From: Verrucomicrobiota bacterium
GTDB taxonomy: Bacteria > Verrucomicrobiota > Verrucomicrobiia > Verrucomicrobiales > DEV007
Direction of reading: 5' to 3'
NCBI GenBank assembly: GCA_045046875.1
Contig: JASFYY010000021.1
Coordinates: forward strand, 1 to 10,706
Length of the DNA: 10,706 nt
This document shows, in pieces, positions 1 to 7,284 of this stretch (positions are counted from its first letter, which is position 1; the number at the start of each line of letters is the position of its first letter). The notes below the pieces were generated by a model. That model did no database searches and had not been told where the DNA came from. It saw only the letters and a list, made by a program, of their open reading frames with translations. Made by a program: the position numbers and the translations under genes.

Positions 1-56
1 ATTACAAGAATCCACCTTGTTTGTAATCCCCCCCAACATCTACGCCTCCCTCTATT

Positions 57-86
57 ATTCGTGCCCATTCGTGTGAATTGGTGGTT
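57..86. repeat. Three imperfect 10-nt tandem units (ATTCGTGCCC / ATTCGTGTGA / ATTGGTGGTT), intergenic REP-like repeat
   Basis: Read directly: ATT(C/G)GTG recurs at 57, 67 and 77. A related CTCCGTGGTT lies at 117-126. Confidence 0.55.
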
Positions 87-130
87 CTCCCTCCAACAAA
101 ACACCAAAAACTCAAACTCCGTGGTTGAAA

Positions 131-158
131 TTGTTTAAGAAATCTTAAATGATAGGCT
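131..158 (+). promoter_or_regulatory. Putative sigma70 promoter of parE-parC with an overlapping 7-2-7 inverted repeat
   Basis: TTGTTT (131-136), 16-nt spacer, TAGGCT (153-158) with an extended -10 TG at 150-151. TTTAAGA-AA-TCTTAAA (134-149) is a perfect inverted repeat. Confidence 0.4.
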
Positions 159-184
159 ACTGAGGGTGAACCCCTTGAGACACC

Positions 185-2092
185 ATGGCTAAAAGAGAAG
201 CGGGCAGCTACACCGAAGACGACATCAAATCCCTCGACTGGCGGGAACACATCCGCCTGCGTCCAGGCATGTACATCGGCAAACTCGGCGACGGTTCATC
301 CAATGACGACGGGCTCTACATTTTGCTCAAGGAGGTGATCGACAACTCGATCGATGAGTTTGTGATGGGTTTTGGCAAATTGATCGAAATCGAGATTGAT
401 GAAACCTTTGTCCGTGTGCGCGACCACGGCCGTGGCATCCCACTCGGCAAGCTGATGGATTGTGCGGCCAAGATCAATACCGGAGCCAAATACGACTCCG
501 AAGCTTTCAAAAAATCGGTCGGGCTGAATGGGGTCGGAATCAAAGCGGTCAACGCGCTGTCCCATTTTTTCGAAATCCAATCGGTGCGCGAAAACAAAAC
601 CAAAGCGATCGAGTTCTCGCGAGGAGAAGTCACCGACGAGGTCAAAAACGCACGCAAGACCTCCGAAGACAACGGCACCTCGATCTGTTTCGACGCCGAT
701 ACGGAGATCTTCGGCGAGTTCAAATGGAACCTCGCTTTTGTCGAGCAGATGCTGCGCAACTACGCTTATCTGAACACTGGTCTGACGCTCAGTCTCAACG
801 GCAAAAAATTCAAATCCAAAAACGGGCTGCTCGATTTGCTCACCGAAAACCTCGGTGGTCAAGAGCTGCTCTACCCCATCGCTCACATGGCAGATCACGA
901 CATCGAGGTCGCCATCACCCACACCGAGCAGAGCGGCGAAGAATATTACGCTTTTATCAATGGTCAGCATACCACCATGGGCGGCACCCACCTCGCCGCT
1001 TTACGCGAAGGCATCGTCGCCACTATTCGCACCCACTTCAAAAAACAATACGAAGCCGCTGACATCCGTAACGGCATCGTCGCTGCGATCAGTATCAAGG
1101 TTGAGGATCCGATTTTTGAATCGCAGACCAAAACCAAACTCGGCTCGACGCTGATGGCTCCCAACGGCGAGTCCATCAGGGCCTTTGTCAGCAACTTCCT
1201 CGGCCAACACCTCGACAACCACCTGCACCGTAACCGCGATGTGGGTAAGGCTCTGGTGGAAAAGATCACCCGCTCCGAACGTGAGCGCAAAGAGCTCAAG
1301 GGGATCAAAAAACTATCCCGCGACCGCGCCCGGGCCTCCAAGGTCCACAACAAAAAGCTGCGTGACTGCCGCGCTCACCTCAACACCCGTCACAAAAAAC
1401 GCGAGGCCAGCACGCTGTTCATCACTGAGGGTGATTCGGCCAGTGGTTCGATCACCAAAGCGCGTGACGTGGAAACTCAAGCGGTGTTCAGTTTACGAGG
1501 TAAACCCAAGAACACTTTTGAGCTCAGCCGTAAAATCGTTTACGAAAACGAAGAGTTTAATCTTTTGCAAGCCGCGCTGGACATCGAGAACAACATGGAC
1601 AACCTGCGCTATAACAAGGTTGTCATAGCAACCGATGCCGATGTGGACGGCATGCACATCCGCCTGTTGTTATTAACTTTTTTCCTTCAGTTTTTCCCCG
1701 ACCTGATTCGCGACGAGCACGTTTACATCCTGCAAACTCCACTGTTCCGGGTGCGCAACAAAAAGGAAACACGTTATTGTTATTCGGACGAAGAACGGCA
1801 CGCCGCGATCAAAGCACTCAAACCCAATCCCGAGATCACCCGATTCAAAGGACTGGGAGAGATCTCACCCGATGAGTTCAAAGACTTCATCGGCAAAACC
1901 ATGCGTCTGGAGCCGGTCATCATGCCGCCTTCACCGCGTGCGGTTGATGACTTGCTCTCTTTTTACATGGGAAAAAACACTCCCGAACGGCAGCAATACA
2001 TCATCAAAAACCTGCGGGTGGAAACCGACATCATTGACGATGACAATCCTGACACAAACACGGTCGACCAAAGCGCGGACAGTGCCGCTTAA
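185..2092 (+). CDS. parE: DNA topoisomerase IV subunit B (type IIA topoisomerase ATPase/TOPRIM subunit), 635 aa
   Basis: Motifs [27 protein letters not shown] and GLNGVG (GHKL ATPase); TEGDSA, SLRGK and [11 protein letters not shown] (TOPRIM); RFKGLGE. It lies 32 nt upstream of the A subunit. The B-subunit family is certain; ParE rather than GyrB is inferred from the variant motifs and the short partner subunit. Confidence 0.92.
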   Translation: MAKREAGSYTEDDIKSLDWREHIRLRPGMYIGKLGDGSSNDDGLYILLKEVIDNSIDEFVMGFGKLIEIEIDETFVRVRDHGRGIPLGKLMDCAAKINTGAKYDSEAFKKSVGLNGVGIKAVNALSHFFEIQSVRENKTKAIEFSRGEVTDEVKNARKTSEDNGTSICFDADTEIFGEFKWNLAFVEQMLRNYAYLNTGLTLSLNGKKFKSKNGLLDLLTENLGGQELLYPIAHMADHDIEVAITHTEQSGEEYYAFINGQHTTMGGTHLAALREGIVATIRTHFKKQYEAADIRNGIVAAISIKVEDPIFESQTKTKLGSTLMAPNGESIRAFVSNFLGQHLDNHLHRNRDVGKALVEKITRSERERKELKGIKKLSRDRARASKVHNKKLRDCRAHLNTRHKKREASTLFITEGDSASGSITKARDVETQAVFSLRGKPKNTFELSRKIVYENEEFNLLQAALDIENNMDNLRYNKVVIATDADVDGMHIRLLLLTFFLQFFPDLIRDEHVYILQTPLFRVRNKKETRYCYSDEERHAAIKALKPNPEITRFKGLGEISPDEFKDFIGKTMRLEPVIMPPSPRAVDDLLSFYMGKNTPERQQYIIKNLRVETDIIDDDNPDTNTVDQSADSAA

Positions 2093-2124
2093 CTTGTTTT
2101 TATATTTTTCTGACCTTCTAAATC

Positions 2125-4107
2125 ATGGCCGACGGAAACACACCTGTGAATACCAGCATCTCAATGAAGGGGATGTACTCCGACTGGTTCCTCGACTACG
2201 CCAGTTACGTCATCCTCGAACGTGCGGTGCCGCACATCGATGACGGCCTGAAACCGGTGCAACGACGCATCCTGCATTCTTTTAAAGAAAAGGACGATGG
2301 ACGTTTTAACAAAGTGGCCAACATCGTCGGCCACACCATGCAGTACCACCCGCACGGCGACGCCTCGATCGGTGCGGCCATTGTCAATCTCGGACAAAAA
2401 GACCTGCTGATCGAAACCCAGGGAAACTGGGGCAACTTGTTAACAGGCGACAACGCCGCCGCGCCCCGTTACATCGAAGCGCGTTTGTCAAAATTCGCCA
2501 ACGACGTATTGTTCAATCCCAAAACCACCACTTGGGCATCATCCTATGACGGACGCAACAAAGAGCCCGTCGCCCTACCCTCTAAGTTTCCACTGACACT
2601 AGCTCAAGGCGTGGACGGCATCGCGGTTGGCCTGGCCTGCAAATTCCTGCCGCACAATTTCATCGAGCTGATCGATGCCTGTATTTGCTCGTTGAAAAAA
2701 GAGCATTTCGAACTCTTCCCCGACTTTCCGCAAGGCGGCATCGCCGATCCCTCCGACTACAACGACGGGCTGCGCGGCGGCAAGGTACGGGTGCGGGCAC
2801 GCATCACCGCCACCCGACGCAAACAACTGACCATCACCGAACTGCCCTACGGCACCACCACCGTCAGCCTGACTGACTCGATTCTCAAAGCCAACGATCA
2901 AGGCAAAGTCAAGATCTCCAAGATCGAAGACAACACCGCGGATCGGGTCGAGATTCATATCTACCTGCCGCCGGGTGTCGATGCCGATCAGACCATCCAG
3001 GCTCTCTACGCTTTCAGTGATTGCGAAATCTCGCTCTCGCCCAACTCCTGCGTGATCGAGGACAACAAACCCAAGTTCCTCACCGTCACCGAGATCCTGC
3101 AGCGCTCAGCCAAACGCGCACGCAACCTGCTGAAAATGGAGTTGGAGATCCGCCTCGCAGAACTCGAGGAAAAATGGCACTTCTCCAGCCTTGAAAAAAT
3201 CTTCATCGAAAACCGCATCTATCGCCGCATCGAGGAATGCGAAACCTGGGAAGCCGTGATGGAGGAAATCTGGGAAGGACTGAAACCTTTCCTCAAACTT
3301 TTCAGACGCGAAGTCACCGACGAGGACGTCGCGCGTCTGACCGAGATCAAAATCAAACGTATTTCCAAATACGATGCCTTCAAGGCCGACGAGCAAATTC
3401 GCAACATCGAAACGGGCATCGCCGAGGTCAAAAAAAACCTGCGCAACCTGACCAAATACACCATCGCCTGGTTCGAGAACATCAAACAGAAATACGGCAA
3501 AGGCCGCGAACGCTTGACCGAGTTGTCCACCTTCGACAAGATCGATGCCAAACAGGTCGTGGTCGCCAACGATACGCTCTACGTCAACCGCAAGGAGGGT
3601 TTTGCCGGATGGAGCATGAAACGCGACGAGACCGTTTGCCGATGCTCACGCATGGACGACATCATCGCTTTCAGCCGTGACGGCAACATGCGGGTGGTGA
3701 AAATCGCCGACAAGGTTTTTGTCGGAAAGAATAATATCCTGGTTGATGTTTTCCGCAAAGACACCCCCAAGTTCTACAACATGATCTACCGCGACGGACG
3801 CCAGGGCAATGCTCTCGCCAAACGCTTCCAAGTCTCCGGAGTCACCCGCGAAAAACTCTACGACCTGACCAAAGGCACCGCTGGTACCCGGGTGATGTGG
3901 CTGTCCGAGCACGACACCGAAGAAGACGCCAACATCAAAATCCGCATTCACCTGAAACCCGCCCTGCGGCTACGCAACGTGCAGATCGATTTTGACTTCG
4001 GTGAACTATCAATCAAAGGCCGCGGCTCAAAAGGCAACATCATCACCCGCCACACCATCGACCGCGCAGTGCGCATCTCCAAAGCAGAGCTAGAGCTGGA
4101 AAGCTAA
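2125..4107 (+). CDS. parC: DNA topoisomerase IV subunit A, 660 aa, short C-terminal domain
   Basis: Motifs YASYVILERAVP, DGLKPVQRRIL, YHPHGD, GNWG and AAPRY (catalytic Tyr116, codon 2470-2472). No canonical GyrA-box (QRRGGKG), and the CTD is too short for six blades. Confidence 0.92.
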   Translation: MADGNTPVNTSISMKGMYSDWFLDYASYVILERAVPHIDDGLKPVQRRILHSFKEKDDGRFNKVANIVGHTMQYHPHGDASIGAAIVNLGQKDLLIETQGNWGNLLTGDNAAAPRYIEARLSKFANDVLFNPKTTTWASSYDGRNKEPVALPSKFPLTLAQGVDGIAVGLACKFLPHNFIELIDACICSLKKEHFELFPDFPQGGIADPSDYNDGLRGGKVRVRARITATRRKQLTITELPYGTTTVSLTDSILKANDQGKVKISKIEDNTADRVEIHIYLPPGVDADQTIQALYAFSDCEISLSPNSCVIEDNKPKFLTVTEILQRSAKRARNLLKMELEIRLAELEEKWHFSSLEKIFIENRIYRRIEECETWEAVMEEIWEGLKPFLKLFRREVTDEDVARLTEIKIKRISKYDAFKADEQIRNIETGIAEVKKNLRNLTKYTIAWFENIKQKYGKGRERLTELSTFDKIDAKQVVVANDTLYVNRKEGFAGWSMKRDETVCRCSRMDDIIAFSRDGNMRVVKIADKVFVGKNNILVDVFRKDTPKFYNMIYRDGRQGNALAKRFQVSGVTREKLYDLTKGTAGTRVMWLSEHDTEEDANIKIRIHLKPALRLRNVQIDFDFGELSIKGRGSKGNIITRHTIDRAVRISKAELELES

Positions 4108-4490
4108 CCCGTCAAAGCGATCGCGTGGGCTACGGCGTAATGATCGGAATGGGACAAGGTGATCAGCACCTGCACGATACCATTTTCCTCGGCAAAACGT
4201 TTGCCATCCCCTCTCAGCACGATCCGCGGCTGACCACTTTCCAGCCGCACCACTTCGGCATCCGACCAGATCAAATCCTTGCCAAAACCGGTACCAAAAC
4301 TTTTTGCCACCGCCTCCTTCGCCGCAAAACGGGCGGCATAGTGGATCTCGGATTTTTTCATTCGACCACAATAGTCCTGCTCCGCCTGGGTGAATACCCG
4401 GTTGATAAAAGCCATGCCATGGCGCTCAACCGATTTTCGAATCCTTTCGGTTTCGACGATGTCCACTCCGATGCCAAAAATACCACTCAT
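4104..4490 (-). CDS. acpS: Holo-[acyl-carrier-protein] synthase (4'-phosphopantetheinyl transferase), 128 aa
   Basis: Motifs GIGVDIVE, FTQAE, AARFAAKEAVAKSFGTG, G+P and ITLSHSDHYAVA; typical AcpS length. Confidence 0.96.
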   Translation of the reverse strand: MSGIFGIGVDIVETERIRKSVERHGMAFINRVFTQAEQDYCGRMKKSEIHYAARFAAKEAVAKSFGTGFGKDLIWSDAEVVRLESGQPRIVLRGDGKRFAEENGIVQVLITLSHSDHYAVAHAIALTG

Positions 4491-4505
4491 CTTATTTTAT
4501 TGTAA

Positions 4506-5108
4506 TCAACCAATCGAGTCCACAATAGCCGCCACCCATAAAACCAGCAGTGCCAACCAGCCCAGCGAAAAAGCAATGCTCAGAATCATCGCCAGCCACC
4601 AGCGAAACGCACTCCTCGGCACGATGCCGCGCGAGGACTTGCGGTAGCGAATCAAATAATACAAAGCCATCGGCGCGGTGAATAAACTGAACGGCGATAA
4701 AAATAAAATCAAAGCCAGCGCGCTATTATCATAGAGCACCCTTTTGGCGAGGAATTCGTCTTTGCCCTTGCCTTCCCGCAAAGTATGCAAGCAGGGCATG
4801 CAGAGATCACGCCCTCCCCAGGACAACGCGGCTTTTTTTGAAAGAAAACAACCACACTCATCACACACCGCTTCTGCTTTCAAATCAGGATAAAAACGAC
4901 ACACCGCATCCCCTTCCCCGGACAGAGCCTGCACTGAAATTGGTGACTCCCTCAAGCTATCCGGGTCTGCTCGCAGGCGCGCATAGCTCTTGATAAAAAG
5001 GGAAGCTCTGCAAGCAGGGCAAGACGCCTGATCCGAATGTTGCTGCATCCATTCATCCGGCACACGCCAGTAACATTTTGGGCAGTTAACTTGGACAAGG
5101 ATTGACAT
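4506..5108 (-). CDS. Uncharacterised membrane protein: N-terminal Zn ribbon, B-box-like Zn finger, C-terminal hydrophobic helices, 200 aa
   Basis: CPKC-x17-CPAC (aa 9-33) and CRFY-x8-CDEC-x17-CMPC (aa 70-106). Hydrophobic segments ALALILFLSPFSLFTAPMALYYLI and WWLAMILSIAFSLGWLALLVLWVAAIV. Tight spacing to both neighbours (5 and 15 nt). Confidence 0.8.
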   Translation of the reverse strand: MSILVQVNCPKCYWRVPDEWMQQHSDQASCPACRASLFIKSYARLRADPDSLRESPISVQALSGEGDAVCRFYPDLKAEAVCDECGCFLSKKAALSWGGRDLCMPCLHTLREGKGKDEFLAKRVLYDNSALALILFLSPFSLFTAPMALYYLIRYRKSSRGIVPRSAFRWWLAMILSIAFSLGWLALLVLWVAAIVDSIG

Positions 5109-5113
5109 ACTCT

Positions 5114-6082
5114 TCAGACCGTCGTTTTCTTTTTAACCACCCTGGTGGCGCACACCCTGTCATGCAAAGTTCGTTTCTCCGCATCCCTCCCACACATCCA
5201 ATAGGGGAACAAGGCCAGTGGATACAACACCAACATAGCTCCAAACATAAGCCCCATCATTCCTATAATACCTTCCGCATTTGGCGTTCCTTCTCCGCCA
5301 ACCATGCTACCGGCTCCAAAAACCGCAAACAATACAATCGGCACCATCACAACCATGCCCGCTATGGTTCCGTTCAACAACTTCTTTGCCGCCCAGCGGC
5401 CAAAACTCCTGCCATAAGTGATACGCCTACCATCCGGGTCAACTACCACGACGCCTATGGCCATCTTGCCCACCGTTGCCTGGTATTTCCCTATCATCCA
5501 GGTCTCATAAAAAATACTCACCGCCAACTGGCCGCCCAAAGCTATTGCGTAGGCGATGACAACGCTGGCTGTCCACATATCCATCGGATCGGGAGTTTCT
5601 CCATCAGCCCCTTTACGTCCAGCCTCATTAGCAAAAAGCGCGATATAATAAGGAATCTGGCAGAGCATCACCGGGATGATTTTGACAAAATAATCAATCA
5701 CCGCCGCCAGTACCCGCCACCAAAACCCGACATACTGCAAAGCATACACGCCGTCCTCATTCAGCTCCAAACGCTCTCCCTCCATCATGCGCTGGACAAA
5801 AGCTTCTTTGTACTCCGGCGCTACCCAGGCGTCACCGTAGGGAACCATTTCATTTTTGGCCAAGACCTTGCCGGAATGCGCGCACACCGCCGTCTCGGTA
5901 GCAGCTTCTCCCACCGCCGTAAAAACTTCATCTGCCACCTCGCGAAATTCCTTCCAATCCGCCATGCCCTCCCGCCAAACCAAGGAGTCCCCGGAAAGAG
6001 TGTCGCTCTTTTGCAAAACAATCAGCTCAGCCGCGGATACCGGCCCCTTTTGTTTGCTGTCTTGTGAATAATACCACTCCAT
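5114..6082 (-). CDS. RDD family membrane protein with N-terminal GYF_2 (DUF4339) domain, 322 aa
   Basis: N-terminal WYY...QKGPVS..EL...LVWREGMADW is the GYF_2 pattern. GFWWRVLAAVID, ATVGKMAIGVVVV and RTLHDRVCATRVV are RDD family signatures. Multiple hydrophobic helices. Confidence 0.88.
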   Translation of the reverse strand: MEWYYSQDSKQKGPVSAAELIVLQKSDTLSGDSLVWREGMADWKEFREVADEVFTAVGEAATETAVCAHSGKVLAKNEMVPYGDAWVAPEYKEAFVQRMMEGERLELNEDGVYALQYVGFWWRVLAAVIDYFVKIIPVMLCQIPYYIALFANEAGRKGADGETPDPMDMWTASVVIAYAIALGGQLAVSIFYETWMIGKYQATVGKMAIGVVVVDPDGRRITYGRSFGRWAAKKLLNGTIAGMVVMVPIVLFAVFGAGSMVGGEGTPNAEGIIGMMGLMFGAMLVLYPLALFPYWMCGRDAEKRTLHDRVCATRVVKKKTTV

Positions 6083-6090
6083 GGGCGCTT

Positions 6091-6119
6091 ATTGTGGCGG
6101 TAAATTCACCATAGCTCAA
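6091..6119 (-). promoter_or_regulatory. Putative sigma70 promoter for the RDD / Zn-finger / acpS unit
   Basis: On the - strand: TTGAGC (6119-6114), 17-nt spacer, CACAAT (6096-6091), then 8 nt to the ATG at 6082. Confidence 0.5.
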
Positions 6120-6142
6120 TTGCTAATTTCTAAATTCTATCC

Positions 6143-6394
6143 TCAGCCTCCTTGCACCGGCGGCATGATCGCCAGTTCCTGGCCATCCTTTAACTCTACG
6201 TTTCGCTCCACATACTCCATATCCAAAGCCAGCAGGATTTTGCCATCCCAGACCCGCAACCCTTCGTATTTTTCATACAAGTCGGCAAGCACATCCGAGA
6301 CCAGCCACTGCCGCCCTTCGGCCAAATCCTGCTCGATTTCCGGCGCACCGACCAAATCTTGTAAAACTGAAAAAAACAATATCCGGATCTTCAT
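6143..6394 (-). CDS. moaD: MoaD/ThiS family sulfur carrier protein (molybdopterin synthase small subunit-like), 83 aa
   Basis: Begins MKIRILFFSVLQDLVG and ends LKDGQELAIMPPVQGG with the C-terminal Gly-Gly. Start moved to the ATG at 6394 because the ORF-track start at 6451 overlaps ispE. Confidence 0.88.
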   Translation of the reverse strand: MKIRILFFSVLQDLVGAPEIEQDLAEGRQWLVSDVLADLYEKYEGLRVWDGKILLALDMEYVERNVELKDGQELAIMPPVQGG

Positions 6395-6411
6395 CAACTT
6401 ATTATTTATGT

Positions 6412-7272
6412 TTATTTTGCACTTCCCAATGTGCGCCCTACATAGGTCCACATATTTTCGCCAAAATACTCCTCCACTCTCTGCTGCAAACGCCCGCCGC
6501 CCTCGCTTTCTGCCAACACAACCAACAAGGTGGAGCCTGACCCCGAAAGCAAGGCCACATGGGTTTCAGCTTGATCCAACAGCCACATCTTCAAGCGGGC
6601 AAGGAAAAGATACTTCTCATACACCGGGCGTTCCAAATCATTAACCATCTCGCCCCATGGACACAACTGCGGCGCGTAGGTGACCCCCGGCAGCTCTATC
6701 GAAGCCGCTCTATTTTGATAAGCCCACGCCGCACTAACTCCAAAACCCGGCTTGATCAACAAAATGGGCAACTCGGTTTTAAATTCAATCGGACTGACCA
6801 CCTCTCCCCGCCCACTGCAATCGCAGGGGGTATCAAAAATAAAAAAAGGCACGTCCGAGCCAATCTGTGCAGCCAATCCCAGCAAGCTTGCTTGATCAAG
6901 CTTCAGATCCAACAACTGGTTCACCCCTTTTAATAAAGCGGCCGCATCACTGCTCCCTCCCCCCAAGCCAGCCGCCAGTGGAATTTTTTTATCCAAATGA
7001 ATACGCAGATCAAAACTCCGCCCGCAGTGTCGCTCCAGCAAGCGAAGCGCACGCATCACCAGGTTTTCCTCTCCCACGCCGAGCGAGGCATCGCTGCACT
7101 GCAAACTAGCGCCTTGCCCTGACGGCAAAAGTTCCAAACTCAAACGATCCGCCAGAGACAACGCCACCATGCGGGTATCCACCGCATGGAACCCATCTTC
7201 ACGCCTACCCAGAATACGCAACCGCAGGTTGGTTTTTGCTGGCGCAATGATTTCTATTGTTCTCTTAGCCAT
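6412..7272 (-). CDS. ispE: 4-diphosphocytidyl-2-C-methyl-D-erythritol kinase (MEP pathway), 286 aa
   Basis: Motifs APAKTNLRL, RREDGFH, KKIPLAAGLGGGSSDAA (GHMP kinase ATP loop), GSDVPFF, GRGE, NDLE and SGSGST. Confidence 0.96.
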   Translation of the reverse strand: MAKRTIEIIAPAKTNLRLRILGRREDGFHAVDTRMVALSLADRLSLELLPSGQGASLQCSDASLGVGEENLVMRALRLLERHCGRSFDLRIHLDKKIPLAAGLGGGSSDAAALLKGVNQLLDLKLDQASLLGLAAQIGSDVPFFIFDTPCDCSGRGEVVSPIEFKTELPILLIKPGFGVSAAWAYQNRAASIELPGVTYAPQLCPWGEMVNDLERPVYEKYLFLARLKMWLLDQAETHVALLSGSGSTLLVVLAESEGGGRLQQRVEEYFGENMWTYVGRTLGSAK

Positions 7273-7284
7273 CAGCCTCTGCTT

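Noticed and set aside
1..27. Inverted repeat ATTACAA...TTGTAAT as a terminator
   Set aside because: The stem is weak and AT-rich, no U-tract follows, and the window edge truncates it.
2..250. 82-aa minus-strand ORF
   Set aside because: It overlaps the parE start and promoter on the opposite strand and has no recognisable motif. Part of it (TTNSHEWARI) is just the translated 10-nt repeat.
296..3951. Many alternative-frame and antisense ORFs inside parE and parC (e.g. 296-991, 460-1062, 3237-3680)
   Set aside because: They are shadow ORFs expected from biased codon usage in well-supported genes and show no protein-family motifs.
5102..6067. 321-aa plus-strand ORF
   Set aside because: It is antisense to the RDD gene over almost its full length, with the His/Pro/Ser-rich composition typical of the reverse of a membrane-protein gene.
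4506..6394. Bacterial ubiquitin-like conjugation system (MoaD-like Ubl plus B-box/RING-like finger)
   Set aside because: No E1, E2 or JAB gene is present, the Ubl looks like ordinary MoaD, and a predicted promoter at 6091-6119 separates moaD from the membrane-protein pair.
6395..6451. 19-residue N-terminal extension of MoaD from the ORF track
   Set aside because: It overlaps the ispE 3' end, and the MoaD fold begins at MKIRILFF (6394).
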